From: Patescibacteria group bacterium
Lineage (GTDB): Bacteria; Patescibacteriota; Minisyncoccia; Minisyncoccales; JANBVM01
Direction of reading: 5' to 3'
Length of the DNA stretch: 64,000 nt
Assembly (NCBI GenBank): GCA_024238995.1
Contig: JANBVL010000001.1
Span: 10,059-74,058, forward strand
The translations under genes and the position numbers were made by a program. Positions 62,414-64,000 of this stretch are shown here, in pieces. Within the stretch, counting starts at the first letter, position 1; each line of letters opens with the position of its first letter. The notes under the pieces were generated by a model, which saw nothing but the letters and a program-made list of their open reading frames with translations, had not been told where the DNA came from and did not search any database.

Positions 62414-62430
62414 AATAAACCCAAGGTATT

Positions 62431-63480
62431 TTAATTGACATTTAGTTCTTCCAGAATTTCTCTAATAATTGTCTTGTGCCTTATTCTCCTTCTAGACAGA
62501 TCAGTAGTGTGGCGAGTAGAGGCATCTATAAATTTTAAGTACTTTGATGAAGGTTCTTCGACTACAAGTTCTTTTTCGAGGATAGATAGTGCTTTTCTTA
62601 TGGCCCTGTACTTATTTGTTTTAATTTGAACCCGTGGTGTTGTTGATTTTGGAAAGCCATATGTTATATCGTAAATTGCACAAAAAAGACTATAGAATAG
62701 GGTTGTTTTTCGAAATTTTGATTTTGCCAAACTATCTCCAAATATTCTTGCGATCATGTCAATGCATTTTTTGAAGCGGACTACAACTTTTTTTTCTTGA
62801 ACGAAATCATCATCGTATTTTTCATAATACGATTTTATTTTTTTTCTATCCTGAAGGCCAGCAATCATTGCTATAACCAACTCTGAACAAAGTTCAGCCT
62901 CTTTCATTCTCATTATGCTTTGATGGGTTAGGATCTTATTTTGCCGCCAAAACTCTAAGTGATCTCTACCTAATTGAAAAACTATCTGTTTAAATTTTCC
63001 AGAAAAATCTGCATTGAGTTTTTCTTGCGCGTTTAATACTATAGTATAAGAATTTATTCGCCCGAACACCTCTAAAACATTTCTATCATTAGCACCAACT
63101 AGAAAAACTACTGGTAAGTCATACTCTAAAAATTTCTTTTTAAGCCTGTTTGAAAGTCCGGAGAATTTTAAACCTCCATAAGCTTTACTATGCACTTTTA
63201 ATAATGAGAACTCATCGTTAATATAATCTAAGATTGCCCTTATACGTTGTTGACCGTCAACCACTTCTCTTATTGTTTTTTTGGTTCTGAGATCAATCTT
63301 TTGTCTTATATGAATAGAGGGAACAGGAAATCCATTTAATATGGTATCAACGAGATAGGAGCGAGCCTTTATACTCCACACTTTTCTTCTTTGAAACTCT
63401 GGCGCTAGAATTAACTCTTTCTTATTACTCCACTCCCTAAAATCGTTAATGCCGATTGTTTTAATTTTAGGATTCTGCAT
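62431..63480 (-). CDS. DUF262 (ParB/GmrSD N-terminal-like) domain protein, no DUF1524 nuclease tail
   Basis: LAPEFQRRKVWS...LVDTILNGFPVPSI and VVDGQQRIRAI (the DGQQR signature). 349 aa. Confidence 0.7.
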   Translation of the reverse strand: MQNPKIKTIGINDFREWSNKKELILAPEFQRRKVWSIKARSYLVDTILNGFPVPSIHIRQKIDLRTKKTIREVVDGQQRIRAILDYINDEFSLLKVHSKAYGGLKFSGLSNRLKKKFLEYDLPVVFLVGANDRNVLEVFGRINSYTIVLNAQEKLNADFSGKFKQIVFQLGRDHLEFWRQNKILTHQSIMRMKEAELCSELVIAMIAGLQDRKKIKSYYEKYDDDFVQEKKVVVRFKKCIDMIARIFGDSLAKSKFRKTTLFYSLFCAIYDITYGFPKSTTPRVQIKTNKYRAIRKALSILEKELVVEEPSSKYLKFIDASTRHTTDLSRRRIRHKTIIREILEELNVN

Positions 63481-63568
63481 AATGTTTTGAATTATTGAAA
63501 AATTTGAAACCGACCTTTTTTTTGACGCACAAGATAACTTGTACGACTATTTTTCCTATCATAATTTC

Positions 63569-63602
63569 ATCCTATCAAAAAACCGCTCAAAGAGCGATTT
63601 TT
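63569..63602 (-). promoter_or_regulatory. minus-strand copy of hairpin + extended -10 (TGaTAGGAT) composite, upstream of the DUF262 gene
   Basis: The reverse complement reads AAAAATCGCTCTTTGAGCGGTTTTTTGATAGGAT. Confidence 0.45.
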
Positions 63603-63615
63603 ATGAGTTTTTCCT

Positions 63616-64000
63616 TTAAGATTTTTTACGACGTGATTTTTGAATAAAATAGATTGAAATTGATAAAATTATTCCTACTACGAAAAGACTTATCCAAGCA
63701 TTATTAGTTCCAAGGGATAAAATATTGCCAATTGCTGCTAAGAAAGTTGTTTGTTCTGTCAATGTTAAGGTTTGTTCCTCACTTGGTTCTTCTTCTTGAA
63801 TAGTAGATGTAGAAACAGTTTCTGTTATCACTTCTTCTGATGTTGTTTCAGAAACAGGTACAACTACTTCTTCAACAGTTACTTCTTCTTCAGGAATAAC
63901 TTCTTCTTCGGGAATAATTAAAGTATAAGTGCCGCCAGAAAAAATAGAAGAAATCGAAACGCCTTCTCCTATAATATCAATCCCTGAAAAATTTGCCGTA
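63616..64000 (-). CDS. C-terminal part of a surface/anchored protein (N-terminus beyond window end)
   Basis: The frame stays open from 63616 to the window edge (own check of all codons 63832-64000). Acidic E/T/V-rich linker and a C-terminal TM plus basic tail: WISLFVVGIILSISIYFIQKSRRKKS. Confidence 0.6.
   Translation of the reverse strand, partial: TANFSGIDIIGEGVSISSIFSGGTYTLIIPEEEVIPEEEVTVEEVVVPVSETTSEEVITETVSTSTIQEEEPSEEQTLTLTEQTTFLAAIGNILSLGTNNAWISLFVVGIILSISIYFIQKSRRKKS

Overview
This 64-kb window is low-GC (about 33-35% in hand-counted samples) and densely coding. Gene content and style suggest a Patescibacteria/CPR-like (Parcubacteria-type) bacterium, but that is an inference; no database search was possible. 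The genetic code looks standard, because TGA closes several conserved full-length genes (for example stops at 9312-9314, 12060-12062 and 40420-40422).

Most of the window is housekeeping:
- Translation and RNA modification: rlmN, prmC, rsmH, rplU, cysS, engB, obg, greA.
- Replication and repair: dnaB, recR, dnaX, rarA, rmuC, a UvrD-type helicase-nuclease and an MGMT-family protein.
- A short dcw block: mraZ-rsmH-ftsL-ftsI-murF-like.
- Folate/thymidylate genes: thyX, glyA, tdk.
- A Ca2+-handling pair: a P-type ATPase and a CaCA exchanger.
- Three tRNAs: Val-CAC, Glu-CUC and Gln-UUG.
- No rRNA and no CRISPR array.

The parts that do not look like core genome:
1. A three-gene operon lies directly after tRNA-Gln (38049-41438). 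It encodes a fused ABC-ATPase/DUF4435-Toprim protein (PARIS/AbiL/OLD-like), a UDG-fold protein and a Cys/His-motif orphan. This is my best candidate for an undescribed defence system.
2. The right-hand end (59.6-63.5 kb) holds a tyrosine recombinase flanked by 58/59-nt two-block inverted repeats. Next to it are a truncated CYTH gene and a DUF262 + HEPN (Rx4H) gene pair.
3. The cysteine-synthase gene has a leader containing a 15-codon ORF with tandem Cys codons that runs into a 21-bp terminator. This looks like a classical attenuator.
4. Two stand-alone promoter-to-terminator units have no convincing ORF and are sRNA candidates.
5. A terminator hairpin fused to an extended -10 box recurs through the window and implies several leaderless mRNAs.
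6. A sucC-like/sucD-like/citryl-CoA-lyase-like operon is present.
7. There is a decayed DsrE-like pseudogene, and several proteins have degenerate catalytic motifs.

All functional calls rest on motif recognition in the supplied translations and on my own reading of the DNA.
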